A stretch of 64,000 nt of DNA from Microbotryum violaceum (Eukaryota), in NCBI GenBank assembly GCA_001244265.2, contig LN717261.1:124001-188000 (forward strand), read 5' to 3'. Below the pieces are notes generated by a model. The model ran no database searches. It saw only the letters and a list, made by a program, of their open reading frames with translations, and had not been told where the DNA came from. The stretch's first letter is position 1. Each line of letters begins with the position of its first letter. Shown one piece after another: positions 1-12,619 of this stretch. The translations under genes and the position numbers were made by a program.

Positions 1-259
1 GGTAGAGGAAGCGGGGTCGCCATCCTGTTCGAGGAGTGGATGAGTGGATGAGTGGATGAGTGTGGGTGGGTGTAGAGTGCAGTGCAGTGCAGTGCGGGTG
101 TGGGAGGAAAGGTCCACAAGTTTGAAACTGGTCGCGGTGAAGTCGGCTCAGGCTGCCGGTAATAGGCACTTTATAATAAATAGGTTGTAACGAGCTGAAC
201 GAGCTGAAATCGCTGCCGAGGCGCGTGGCCGGCCAGCCAGGTGACGACGGTCGTCAGCT

Positions 260-430
260 TTTAGTTTTGGTTTTAGTTTTAGTTTTAGTTTTAGTTTTGC
301 TTAGGCTCCTCCTCGCCAGCGAACAAGCTACTCTCCCAGCCAGCTTTCTCTTTCTCGTTCTCTTTCTTTCCCAAACTCGCAAGCTACTCTCCCAGCCAGC
401 TTTCTCGTTCTCTTTTTTTCCCAAACTCGA
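260..430. repeat. (TTTTAG/TTTTGG)n microsatellite plus ~57-bp direct duplication upstream of TAF4
   Basis: About 7 hexamers at 260-300; caagctactctcccagccagctttctc...ttcccaaactcg occurs twice. Confidence 0.8.
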
Positions 431-481
431 GTTGCTGTCCTGGCACCTGCCCCGCTGCACCCCGTTCCTCGATCGACCACG

Positions 482-2440
482 ATGCCATCCGCCTCGTCAC
501 CCCCACCTCCCTCCCAATCGCCAGCCACAGTCTCCACACCAACGGCCTCTGCCTCCGTCAGTACTCCCAAACCGGGTGCGGGTCGTACAGGCGGTGGATT
601 ACAGCTTCCCGGTGCGCTGGGGAACAAGGGCAAGACGAAAGCTAATCCGAGTGCGGAAACGAGTCGTACGTTTCGTTTCGGGTATCATCCGATCCGCGCC
701 TGTGTTTATCTAACTACTAGTCGGAACCCTTACTCAACTTGGGTGCGTTTTGGGGGGGGGGGCTGCGAATAGGTAATAATACGACCAGAGATACTTTGAA
801 AGAGTAGGTCCTGAACTCTGTCAACTTGTGATGACCGTTTTCGTTTTCCTAGTTCCCTACTAACCCTCTTCCGCTCTCTCTCTCTCTCTCTCTCTAACCC
901 TCTCCCTCTCTCTCTCTCTTCCGCTCTCTCTCTCTTCTCTCTCTCTATTCAGACCCCACGAAACTACCACAAACACAAACACGACCACGGGCAAATTCGA
1001 ACATGAACCGAGCACGAACGTACAACACCTCATGGACGCTGTAGGAGCGAGTGGAGTTGATATCAACGTTCGTTTTAATCTAGCCTAACTAAGCCCCCCC
1101 AACCCCTAACCCCTAAAAAGAACCCCAATCTAAATCCTGACCCCAATCTAAATCCTGACCCCAATCTAAATCCTGAACCCTTCTTCCCAGGCCGAAGAAG
1201 ATTCACTACGACAACATCAACCTGTCCGATCTCACTTCAACACCACCTCTACTTCCCAACAACCCAACCCATCCACAACCCACACCCATACCCACACCCA
1301 CACCCACACCGCCACCACCGCCGCCTCCTCCGCACCTTCCACCTCAACCCTAACCGACCTCGACCTCCGAATCCATTCCCAATCCTTCATCGACCCTCAA
1401 GTTCTCGCCGACGTAGTTCGTAAAATCGCCGCCGAATATTCACTCAAAAGTTTAGAAGGTCAAACCATTCCTTTGATCGCTTTGGCTTGTCGAACTAGGT
1501 TAATGGATTTAATTTCCAATTCGATTCGAGTGAGGGATCATCGTCTAAATGCGAATCATTTAAGGAAACCTCCTTTTGATAATCAACTCAAGAGGAGAAG
1601 GAGGGATCAAGCTTTAGGGCAGGAGTATAGAGTACATGAGGAGGAGGATATGTTACAGGAAGGTAAAAAGGAACCTGTTTGGGACGCCGTCGTTTATGAT
1701 GAACCGGAAAAGGCTTTGTGGGTTTTGGAAAAGGTGGATAGGGAGGAAGAGAGGAAGAGGAGGAGGGAGAGGGTCTTGAGGGATGAGAAGGAACAAGAGG
1801 AGAAGGAATTGAGGGAAGCTGTCGAGGCGAGTGAGCGAGCACGTGAGGAGCAAGAACGCGATGATATCGCTATTTCCACCCCTGGTGTTGATGGTACCGA
1901 TCAAACGATGACGAATACGCTAGCTTCGACGGGCGGTATGGAAACGCCAAAATCGAACCCTCTTTTGAAGAAGAAGAAGAAGCGCGATTTGGGTCAAGCC
2001 GCGATCGCGAAGAACCTTTCAGGTGACGTGCAAAAACGTTTGACCGATCAAATCGCGATGCGATCTTTGGGCGGTCGATCGTTCTCTTGGCTTTCGGGAG
2101 CAGGTGGAGCAGCAGCGGGAGCTTCGAATATGTCGACTTCTAATCGACCTCATAACCAATCAGCAATGGGAACACCTACACTAGGAACGACCCCGACTGC
2201 ACGTTCCTCCTCCTTGAATCCTTTCCCATCCAGTTTGAACCGACTCACGACGATCCCTTCCTTACACGACGCGAATCGACAAAAACTCGACGCCGAAGAA
2301 ACTTGGCGCCAAGGTGCTCACGTCGTCGAATTGAAAGACATTTTATTCGCGTTGGATAATCAGAGGGGATGGGCTTGGGTAAAGGGGCGGGTAAGGTCGC
2401 GAGCTTGAAAGCTAGAGCGGGGGTGGTGAGAAAAGCTTGA
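482..2440 (+). CDS. TAF4: TFIID subunit TAF4
   Basis: Frame-consistent exons 482-665, 721-742, 953-1067 and 1191-~2440. Motifs LMDAVGASGVDIN/AEE, histone-fold LIALACRTRLMDLI, TDQIAMRSLGGRSFSWL and VELKDILFALD. A 1-nt frameshift in the G run near 2364 would restore a RGMGLGKGAG C-terminus. Confidence 0.85.
1123..1176. repeat. 18-bp tandem repeat x3 in TAF4 intron
   Basis: ccccaatctaaatcctga x3. Confidence 0.9.
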
Positions 2441-3319
2441 TGAGAGGAGTTTTAGCTTGAGTAGGGGGGGGGGCTACGTTTAATGAAGATGAGACAAGCT
2501 GTCGGCTCACACGAGAATATGCATGCCATGTGATTATCTCCCCAAGTCAAAGCAAAGCATCTGTATTTCGATGCTGGTAGACTGGCAGGATGTCCACGGG
2601 TAAACCTCGCAGTATTTGGTACAATCTAGATAGTCGAGCAAAAGAGTGTTCAAGAGCGCCCAGATTGATTTGAGAATGAACCAAAGAGATGAAGCGGTAC
2701 GGAGGAAGGAGCGGAGAGATCCGATCTCGCGGCTTGGTGCAGCTAGAAGAGGAGGAGGGGTTGAAGGGCGCACCACAGACCCCTGAACTCCTCTCACTCC
2801 ACGGTGATGATTACCATGGCGGCGGCTGCTAGTACTACGGCGACGGAAGTGTCACTGGTTCGAGGTTCGAGCTCAACTGATATCAGCTGAACGATTGAAT
2901 AACATGAGAAATAATCAAGCCACCCCAAAACAATCTCTGGTCCTAGTACTGCCTGGAATTGATGGATGCTCTCCGCTCAGGCCGCACAGAAATTGAACGC
3001 GGCACACTGCGCCACGATTGTCCTTTCAATGCATAAGAAGACCCTCACTGATGTTAAGAAAATTCCGTATAATTTATCATCGCTCTACTTCGTCACTCCA
3101 TCACCACAGTGATCCCGCCTCATCACTGCAACCTCCACCGTCGAACCGCCCCTTAAAAGCCGCCACTGCTGAGTTCTTTGGCTTCCCACACCTTCTGCTG
3201 TTATTCGTCGCAATTATAGATAGCTGCGATTTCCAACCTTCTATCAGTAGTAGAAAGAAATCGCAGTATAATCCTCCGAACGACGGGTGATGCGGCGAAT
3301 ACAAGAAAAATGACACCTA

Positions 3320-3972
3320 CGCGGGCACTCATCGGGGTAAATTTGGTAGCATCCCTTGTTACACGCCCGACAACGATCTGCCTCGGCTTGATCCGCCTCC
3401 CCTCCTTCTTCAACTTTTTATGATGCTATTTACTATCCACGAACGCGCCCCAAAAATGGAACCAAACCTCAAAATCAGCGGGGAGAGCTCGAGCGTGGTG
3501 TGCCTTGGAAGTAGAGTCGTTGGGGATTCGCTCGACGGCGCTATGAAAGACTCACTGTAGTCGAGACAACCGGTGTAGGCCTTGGCCCAAGGTTAATTCA
3601 TACAAAATCAGTTGAAGTAGTACTGGTCTTGAGTCTTATCGTTGGGTACGTCGTGATATGACTTGGTGAGATCGTGACAGAACGGATACGTTAAACCCCC
3701 TGGCTGCCGTTGGCCTAGGAGCTGCAAGCCCGAGCGAGTGGGGGCGGACAACGGTCGGAGGTTCAGGTGTTTAGGGGGTCGTCAGCACTCTCAGCGATTT
3801 TCCTATCCGCGATGTCAAGATACATCGAACAACAACAAGGGGGACGACTCACTTAAGTTTCAGCCATGTCCCTACAATGCTGATCCAAGCTCGACTCCGT
3901 CATGTCGAACCTGGGCGCTGATTGTGCAAAGACGCCGAACGTGAGCGCCGTCACCAAGGCGCTGATACGCAT
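3320..3972 (-). pseudogene. Pseudogene of the 8-Cys small secreted protein family
   Basis: Exon 1 reads MRISALVTALTFGVFAQSA...DQHCRDMAET* then GTGAGT. Exon 2 (3721-3556) reads ...YPFC...DQYYFN*FCMN*PWAKAYTGCLDY, and exon 3 has DRCRAC. Cys spacing and intron phases match the genes at 20534 and 22845, with in-frame stops. Confidence 0.75.
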
Positions 3973-4889
3973 GAGGTCGAGTCGATAGCGAAGAACGAAG
4001 AGATGGGCGGGTCGCTGATGTGATCTAAATACTGAAATCCTGAGAGATCGAGGTAATGAAAGGGGACTTCTTACGAATGATGAAATGCAGAACAGAGGAA
4101 AGAGGCTTTGCCCAGGTTCAGTTCAGCCCTATCGGCAACTAAATCGGCGTCCTGAAAACCTAGAGGAGCGCCGCTACAGAGGATGTCCGGCGTGAGCCAC
4201 GCGGCGGCAGATTGCGCGGCTACACCCGCCACGACGCTTTGATGTACGAAACCAGAGTCACTTTCCCCTCCCCACCCGAGCGAATGGTGAGGGGCGAGAC
4301 ACCTCCACTTGGTAGAGCTCAGATTCTCGTGGCTTTGGCACGATAAATTGAGCTCTCATACCACCGAAAAGATTGCTGCAACGGACCTTTCATGAGTGAC
4401 CATAGTGTGCAATTCAGTTGCTCGAACCCTTTTAACGCGCTGGCCGGGATTGACCTTGTTGGTCAGAAGAAACAACCACATCGGCGTAGTACTTGCCCAC
4501 GAAACTTGAAGTTTCTGACTCGCCGAGGCGACATGTCTCTCCACGGACATCTTGCTCTACGCTCGATACCAAGACATACCACAGCTTCGAACGAGGAAAT
4601 AATTTTGTGGAGTTGTGAAGCGCAACACCGACCAAACTGGCAGCGTGCATGGTTCCCAATCAATGGCAATGGACAAGACAGGGGGGCAGGCAAACTGAGC
4701 ACCTGCAGCTCCGCGCTGGGCAGACCAAAATCGACGAGCATCGGTTGGGTTGGGGGAAGCGCATATTTCCCCGAAGTGCCCCTTTTTTTTAGAAGCAAGC
4801 CTAGCAACTGCAAAATAGCCAACTTTGCAGACCGAATAGACTGAGATCATCCGAGAACACCGGGTAATTGCTACACCACCCAGTCTTTA

Positions 4890-7408
4890 CTACTCCTTTC
4901 CTTTCGACATGACCCTCCCCTCGACTCTTGTAAACCATTTCTCGAGGCCGTATTTTTCATCCTCCATAACCCATTCAACCTCGACACCCATCTGCGCGCC
5001 ATCATCACCACGCGACATGGTCTCGACCCATCGTTCAATCCTCAATTCGCCAACCTGGGTCCTTCGCACCTGTCGATCCGAACTCAACATCCAGTCCTCG
5101 CCGGCATATTCAAGTTCAAGGGGTGTTCGAGAAGGGAGGTGACCTTTTTCGAACCCGGTCAAAGCGGTCGTAGCCAAGAGTTCTTGATGAGAAGCCGAGA
5201 GTGCAAGATCGCTTGAGTGGGAGGGGTAGAGTACGTTCGTATGAATTGATCGGACGTGCGTCCGAGTGAGCAAGTCTTGGTGCGGGAGGTAGACGACCTC
5301 CAAGATTTGCTCCAAGCTATCGGACGGTTGCAGAGCACGAGGCTTGCGGACATAGCGAATGCGACGGAACGCTTCGGAGGAGAGGTCAGGCGAGTCCAGT
5401 GCGAGTTGATTGAGCCAGTCGAGCGGGTCGTCGGTGTCTTCTTCATGCGAGAGGTCCGAGAAGAAGGGCAAGTCGTAAACGTTTTTAGGAGGGTTGCTCA
5501 AACCGCTGGCGGGAGTCGGCTTCGTCGCTCCGGTGGAAGAGAGGAATCCGGTGGGTGGGCAGGATAAAAAATGCCGGTGCGGGGGTAAAGAAGTGACATC
5601 GTCCACAGCGACGGGCCCGAAGACGGGTGTCGAGGACGATGGGTACAAAGGGAATAGCAGGTGACCAAATGTCGCTTTGAGCCCGTGCTTGGTGGTAGGT
5701 TCGGCCGAGTTTGGTAGAAGAGAACACATATTCTTGATGCGCAACAGGACATCACTCGATCCAGTCGTCTTGATCTCTTGTCCGCCGTCCCTCGAGCGTC
5801 GATTGACGTCCACCAGACGAGCAAACGAACTTGTCGAATCGTTCGGGAACGTCGGAGATGATGTCGGTCCGAAAGGAACAAAGCAGAATTCATCCTTGTC
5901 CCCTCCCGCGTTGCTGACGATGAGATTCGTCGCTCGAGTCTTCCTCGCCTCGCCAAACGCCAAACCCAAGAGCCTCTCTGCCGTTTCTAGTCCATTCTTG
6001 TCATTCGTCGTCGCCCTTAGAACATTATCCGACTCTTTTGCATGTTCTGGAGCTTCGAGGTAGACTTTAGCGTTTCGTGAAATCGTCTGATAGACCTCGG
6101 CGGGTAGGCTCCTCGTCGAATCGGGTAGAACGAAATCCCGTCGATCGGCCGTTTCGCCAATCGAGCCGATCGTTTCCTGTGCGACGAGCACCGAAGCTTC
6201 GGGACCAGATACGATGAGATTCAGCGTCGAGGTTTGTGGGTCTTGTTGGAAGGAGAAGCGAAGGGCATGATTTGCGGAGAGGTGGCTGAAGGTCGTCGAG
6301 CCTGCGAGAAGTGGGAAAAGTCAGCTCGTCCAAAGGGAGCGTTCACCTGCCACATCAGTCGCGACCTATCGCGACCTACTTGGCGACAAGAGCAAGAACA
6401 AGGTACGGTCCGAGAGTGGAATAGCTGTTGGAGCACGAAAAAAGGGTCAGCCCATCGCCGGCAAGTCGTGAGACTCTGAGATGTGTCGACCCACCCTGCG
6501 TAGCTTTAGGCCCCTTCGCAGCCGCCGGCACCGCTGCAGGGTCGACCATGCCCCATTTCAACACCATGATGGTGACACACAACTCCTTCTTGTTCATCAT
6601 CCCGAGCGTCTTGTTGAGATACTTTTTGCCCCTTGTCCGTGCACGCATCTTCGAGGCGTCACCCAAGGGGTCCAAGCTAAGCCCGAGTGGGCCGGCGAGA
6701 TGCAGCAGTTGGGACTTTGTAAAGGCGTGGGAGAGTGCCTCGTACGTCTGAGACCACACTCGAGAATAGACGACACGGTAAGATTCGGGGAGGTGTGGGC
6801 AGGTATCGTGAACCGCCGTGGCTGAAGCGCATCGAGGTCTTGGGGCGAAGGGAGATCGGTGGTGGCGTCGCTCTGCAGCAGGAGTTGCGGGTCAAGAGTG
6901 GATGGACCGATCGAATGAATCCGTTCGTTTCTGTTTCTCGGACTGCTGATTGGGCGTCTGGTGTGGATTCCTCCTCCAAAGTCAGCGGTGGTGTCGAGGA
7001 TGAGCCTGCTTCAGATCGAGCTGCGGTCGAGGAGAACAAGCACCTCGCAGAAGGTCGCGTTCGACCGAGGTCTATCCGGCGATCAAAATGCTCCCGTCCA
7101 TAAGTGGTCGAAATTGATGCCAACATTCTTGCTCGCTCGGGCTCGGGCGCACCGGTGCGACGCCCTGACCGAGCTGGCGCGGGTACGCTCGAGCTGCTGC
7201 CGGTGCTGCTGCTGCTGCTGCCGCTTGCGAAGCTCGCTCGAGTCGATGACGATCGCGCACCGCGTGCGGACGCGACGCGAGCCGAAGCTGCAGCAGCTCC
7301 ACACGCCGCACACAACGACAAGGAAGATGATGAGGCAGACGCTCCATTCGATGACGTCAATGTTGGGGAAAGGAGAGGTCGAGCTGAGCGAGAAGATGAG
7401 CGAATCAT
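4890..7408 (-). CDS. Mitochondrial Sls1-like protein (multi-exon)
   Basis: Arg/Ser-rich presequence-like N-terminus. The segment DLDALQPRRF...YEALSHAFTKSQL...KKELCVTIMVLKWG resembles the SLS1 N-terminal domain. The long last exon is ORF 4890..6191. Confidence 0.55.
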
Positions 7409-7679
7409 GGTCGTCGCACCGCACTCGTCCCGTCGGCAGCTCGATCGGCGTCGAGTTGCTTTGGTGCCAAGTCGAGAGAAAAGAGTCGGCGCGCGCCCTC
7501 ACGCCCGGATCTCGCGCAGGTCAGAATTCGGTTGAGAAAGCTTGGACCAACTTCCGCGCTTTCCGCGCTAAGTAATTTGTTCGGGTCCCTCGTTCTGGCA
7601 CCTAAGTCGGGATATACGTCTTTCGCGTTCCCCTCCTTTTTTCTATTTGACGCTTCTAACTGAAGATTAGTGCGCATCT

Positions 7680-8797
7680 GGCCGCAAGCCTGCAGGGCAG
7701 GATACCCCCTCCCTAATCGCAGCAAGGGACCGATCGGCCATCCAATGATATACCTCAGGTTGTTCGACCAAAAGCAACCCTCCACCCGTTCCAACCTGCT
7801 TCACCAAGTACCGGCTATTATTTTATTTCACGTCACCTGCGTTCATCAGCGGAATTCTTTCTCGGCCGTCGCCCGATGTCGGATTCCAACGAGTCGTTCC
7901 GTTGTCGCCGGCGCGAGCAGGTCGTCAGCTTTGATCTTCATTCTTTTGTACCTTATTGGCCTCGTCGCCTTCACATCTTAGTTTGATTAACTTTGGTTTC
8001 ATTGTTCCGTTTGTGGAAGGTAGACCGGGTTCATGACGTAGTCACGGTCTACGCCGACCAACTAAGACTTGACTCTTCTGCCTGCGTGCCGAGGTCGCTC
8101 TGCCAAGTTAGACGCACATACACCATTTAAAATCGCATAGAATAATATTTAAAGCTCATCCTTCCGACTTTTGGGTGAGCCTCGACTGCCGACGTTCTCA
8201 TCGTGCGACAGCGTCCGCCGCACCAAGACAGGGGACCGATACGATGGCAGACCCAGCTTTTCGCCGTATGAGGCGGACTGAATTCGTTTGTCGCTAACTT
8301 GCTTGTACAGCATTTAGGTATGTTATAGCACAACCGACGATCAAAGATGATAGGATACAATAAGGGATGAGATGTGAGTGAGAGCCTTAAGAGACTGGAA
8401 GAAAAAGACAGACCCGAAGCGGGAGATAGGGCGCCAGTGACGGGAAAGGGAGAGCCCGGGAGACACGTAGAATGCTTGGTCACCTGGCTTGTGTCAGCTG
8501 AATTATTTCCTCAATGCATGATCCGCTTGACGGAGCCCCACTACTCTCCTGAGGCCGATAATAACGAAGAGCCCCAAACAACTGCACTTGAACAGCTTGG
8601 CTGGTCGGCGACCCCTAAACGCGGTAAACCCCGGGACCGAGCAACGTCCAAAGCGGTCCAAACTCGCCCTTCCTTCCCTATTGTCCAGCTGAGGTGCCGA
8701 AATCAGTTTCGGTCAGCCCAACTCCGTGCCACCGCCTGCCATCATCGTCTCTTTCCCTCACTTTTCTGTGTGCTCTCATAGCCAACTCTCCACTCAT
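7680..8797 (+). repeat. Diverged copy of the ~1.1-kb region upstream of the effector gene at 20534
   Basis: Colinear with ~19335-20487, e.g. cctgcagggcaggata...ctaatcgcagcaagggaccgatc, acagcgtccgccgcaccaaga and tctccactcatc. Confidence 0.85.
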
Positions 8798-8799
8798 CT

Positions 8800-9302
8800 A
8801 CCAAGAGTAAACCCCCGCGCGGGACCTGTGGCACTACTCCGATTCTCGAAAGTGAGATGAGACCGTGCACGTGGTGATAGAGCAGACGTAAAGCACCGGA
8901 TTTTTTTAAGTCTTGCCGGGGCACGCGCACCGAGATGTCAAAAGTGAACACGATCGAGAGCTCATGGGCCGTGGAGGACGACAACATGGCGAAGCCTTCA
9001 GACCGAGGGCCGAGTATAGCTTAGGATTAGAAGTCGAGGTCAGTAAAAACGAAGCCTGGATAGGTATGGGACTGTCCAGCGGCAAGGGACTCACTAGCAA
9101 CGGACGATGATCATCCTGCGCACCCAATAGACATTCTTACACAAGCTGCAGGCCCGGGGCCGGTCATGATCAGGTTCATATTCTTGTGGCTACCCATTCA
9201 AGCGATCAACGACAAAGTGACTCTTGGTACTGGGTACTGTGAGCTAATGAGTACACCAGCGCGGCGGGACCATGTCCTTGGTCCGTATACTCACCGAGAT
9301 GC
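8800..9302 (-). repeat. Degenerate dispersed repeat, copy A (continues past the foldback to ~10150)
   Basis: The minus strand matches 33000-33445 (+): tgaacctgatcatgaccg, ggcttcgt..tt.ctgacct, gttgtc.tcctccacgg.cca and gtgttcac.tt.gaca. Confidence 0.75.
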
Positions 9303-10067
9303 TGTCAGAGTCAAGACCCAATGAAGGGAAGTAACAATGATAGGATAGAACGAAAAGGGGATGGAAGATCTACCCAACGTGGTACCGCACAGGATTCAAC
9401 TTTGATAGCACTTTGGGTGCGCGTGCGTGGAAGATGAAGATTTGGAAACGAAATTCAAAGATAGAGGGCTGAAGGATAATTCGGGTCAAGGTGTGGGAAC
9501 ACTATGGATTGAATGTTACAACTGAAGAAGAAAGGAACGAGAAAGAGAGACTAAATACTCCGGCCACCGGATATTCAAGTTGCCGAGCCGGCACGGACGT
9601 TCAGGGGTTGGTTCGCAACATTGCTCGCATCCGAAGAGGGAGCCGCAATATGCTGTGCAAATGGTTCGCATCCAAACGACATTACGGTACCCTCTCCGGA
9701 TGCGACCCATTTGCACAGCATATTGCGGCTCCCTCTTCGGATGCGAGCAATGTGCGAACCAACCCCTGAACGTCCGTGCCGGCTCGGCAACTAGAATATC
9801 CGGTGGCCGGAGTATTTAGTCTCTCTTTCTCGTTCCTTTCTTCTTCAGTTGTAATATTCAATCCATAGTGTTCCCACACCTTGACCCGAATTATCCTTCA
9901 GCCCTCTATCTTTGAATTTCGTTTCCAAATCTTCATCTTCGACGCACGCGCACCCAAAGTGCTATCAAAGTTGAATCCTGTGCGGTACCACGTTGGGTAG
10001 ATCTTCCATCCCCTTTTCGTTCTATCCTATCATTGTTACTTCCCTTAATTGGGTCTTGACTTTGACA
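9303..10067. mobile_element. Foldback element with TGTCA...TGACA ends, ~370-bp arms and a 5-bp TSD
   Basis: Arms 9303-9673 and 9698-10067 are reverse complements (6 substitutions and 1 indel by eye) around a 24-nt spacer. Flanks are GATGC and GGTGC. Confidence 0.85.
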
Positions 10068-10338
10068 GGTGCTCGTCTGAATGGCAAGCCTAAGGCCTCT
10101 TTCAAAGTCGTACCCGGAGTGCGTTCTGGTGGTCTGAGTCGGCGTCAAAAAAACCTGGCTCCTGGATTGCAGATTTTGCACAACTTTTTTATTTGAGGGG
10201 ATTTGAATCTGCCATTGCAACTGGATATACGAGGTGTTATTATTGCTCCTTCCAGTGTCGGTGTCTCTACGTCCAGCGAGGCGACGCGTGGCCGTTCAAA
10301 TTGAAGGGGGTCACTCCAGCTGCGCGAGCATGATCTCT

Positions 10339-12151
10339 TCACCCGAACCAGCTTTTTTCCATGATCTCCCAACCCTTGTCACCCAACAAGGATCGGATGT
10401 ACATCATCCCATACCTATCGAAGCACTGCTCGTCCGTCTCGTCCGGCAGGGCCTCTAATCCTTGACCCAATACGCCTCCACTCTGTTCGGCTTCCCGCAC
10501 GCGCTCCCACAGGATTAGGAACACCCTCGTTATGATCAACGCATCGAAGAAACTCCCCGTGATCCTGACCCCTGTCTCTCCGATCAAGCCCAACAGCTTT
10601 TCCGCTTCTCTGAATCGAATGAACCCCTCCCGCCATTCGGGCAAGATCCATCCTTTAACAAGCACTGTGGTGGCGACGTCCACGGAAGGATCATTGAGTC
10701 GCGCAAAGTAGTCGTTTATGCGACCCGAGTCGGCTATTTCGAGTCGACCGCCCATCCGAAATTGGCGGTACTGATCGAGCGCCAGCATCTGCAGCACCCC
10801 CGCAGGTCGTTGTGGTGAAGTGAGAAAGCCGACCAAATCTTGATAGGGAGGTTCGGTACCTTCTTCGAGTACAATCGACTCGAGCGAGGGCAGTTGCACG
10901 ATCGACTCCCAAAAGACGGGGGTAAGTTGCACAGCGCCTTCGAGCGAGAGGTGTCGTAAGCGCGTGAAGTGGGCCAGAGTTTCATCAAAGACGTCGACAG
11001 GCCGATAGTCCCAGGCCATGTATTGGCTACAGACGATAGCCAGGTCGCAGAGTTGGGTGGAGAGTGACCGAAGGTAAGGTACCAAGTTCTGGTCCCCCCA
11101 CTCGGGCAGAGGTAGACCTTCTCGGCGTGGGTAAAGCACGCCACAAAGCCGAGCAAGCGCGAGGATGAAAAACTGCCCGCGATCGTGACTTTTCTGATTC
11201 CCGGTAAACTGACTTCTGGATACGTCTTAACGTTTAGGTCCCATTCGGGTTCGTCTTCTTTCAAAGGCGGGATGAAGAAGGCGAGGTCTCGCAGACTCGG
11301 ATGCGAGGCCAGTCGGGCCAGTTGTCGAGGCGTCACACGAGACCGCGCAGGAAAGATGATTCGAAAACGGTATAGGCTCGGCGCGCAGGACCGTGCGAAC
11401 TCGTCGGAGAGTATGACGGTCAATAGATCAAATGGTTCCTCGGCGTCGTCGTTCCCGTCGCTAAAGGTGGAGTCGTCGCGTCGATCGTCGTCCTCCCCTT
11501 CAACGCCGAGATCGTCATACGCCTCATCGTTCTCCCCTTCCCCCTCTTCTTCCCCTCCGGCATCCCCGACCCATGAAAGACTTTTTAACCAAGTCATCGC
11601 CCTGAATCCTGCCAAGATCTCGTGTTGTCGCAGTGTTGGGCAGCTCTCCCGATCGATCTCCACATCCTCCAACTCGGTTCGGTCCGAGTTACCCCACATG
11701 GCGCTTTCGTGGTTCTCCTTCAGCTCGAGGTAACTCGCCGTGGGGTTGATCTTGAGTGAGCTGATCAGTCCTCCTAAACCGGGGGAAGTCATCAAGGTTG
11801 TATAGAAGAGCGCCTCAAACTGAGCCCAGCTGCGCAAGTCGATCGAATGGTACAAGGCAGCTCGCTGCTGTGCGAGCAGGGCCTTGCAAATCGGCCGACG
11901 TAGACAGTAATTAACCTTGTTAACCTCATTCCGGACGAGGAAGAAGATGCACCGCTGCAGCTCCGGGGGTAGTCGAGAAAAGTGACCAACGCCTTGCCGA
12001 TGCAGTGTCGATGATGAGGTCGCGTTTGCCGACGATGTTGTAGTGAGCTAGTAGACGGGTATGATGAGCGGGTTCAGTAGTCAAAGTAGACCATTTAGAG
12101 TCAGAGACCAGAGCTCACTGTGGTTGTGTCGTCGCCGTCGATATCCATCAT
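10339..12151 (-). CDS. F-box / LRR-like protein
   Basis: After a short first exon: FSRLPPELQRCIFFLV...ICKALLAQQRAALYHSIDL, then Leu-rich repeats (LRHLSLEG, LPSLESIVLE). ORFs 10734..11855 and 10339..11139 join by a 1-nt frameshift near 11105. Confidence 0.65.
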
Positions 12152-12619
12152 AGTAGCCCCGGCCAGAAGCGGTGCGGTGGCCAACGCCTACGCAAGTAAG
12201 AAGGAAGCGTTAATAGATGCTGATCCGGGTGGGGGAGGGTGGCGGACCTGGAGGGACTCGGTTTGCGGGAGTCTGCGGGTCCGGCGCTAGGCGCGTCAGA
12301 GCTCGTCAGAGCAGGTCAGAGCTCGCAGAGTCGCGTCAGGTCTCATCAGGCTTCATCAGGCTGGGTTTGCGGGAATCCTACCGAGTCCGCACCGAGAGTC
12401 CGACTTCCATTTCAGCCACATTCGGCTTGGTACATCCTGCTTGAAGCCGGAAAGCGTGCGCCGTGTCTGCGCGCGTATCACGTGGCCGGGCGCCTTCGTC
12501 GTCGCGTCGACATGATGCTTAGGACGCGTCGCGCTGTCGAACCCCCGGTGACCCAAACCACCTGTGTGGGTCCTCCCGACGCCGAAGCTTCTACAACTGC
12601 TTTAGTTCAACCACGAAGG

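Noticed and set aside
1-23. Possible minus-strand gene start (MATPLPL) leaving the window
   Set aside because: Too short to evaluate.
1095-1115. Telomere-like CCCTAA/TTAGGG words (also 56078-56110)
   Set aside because: Only two imperfect copies each.
9491-9879. Mirror-image ORFs on both strands (also 33603-34212)
   Set aside because: By-products of the inverted repeats; no coding features.
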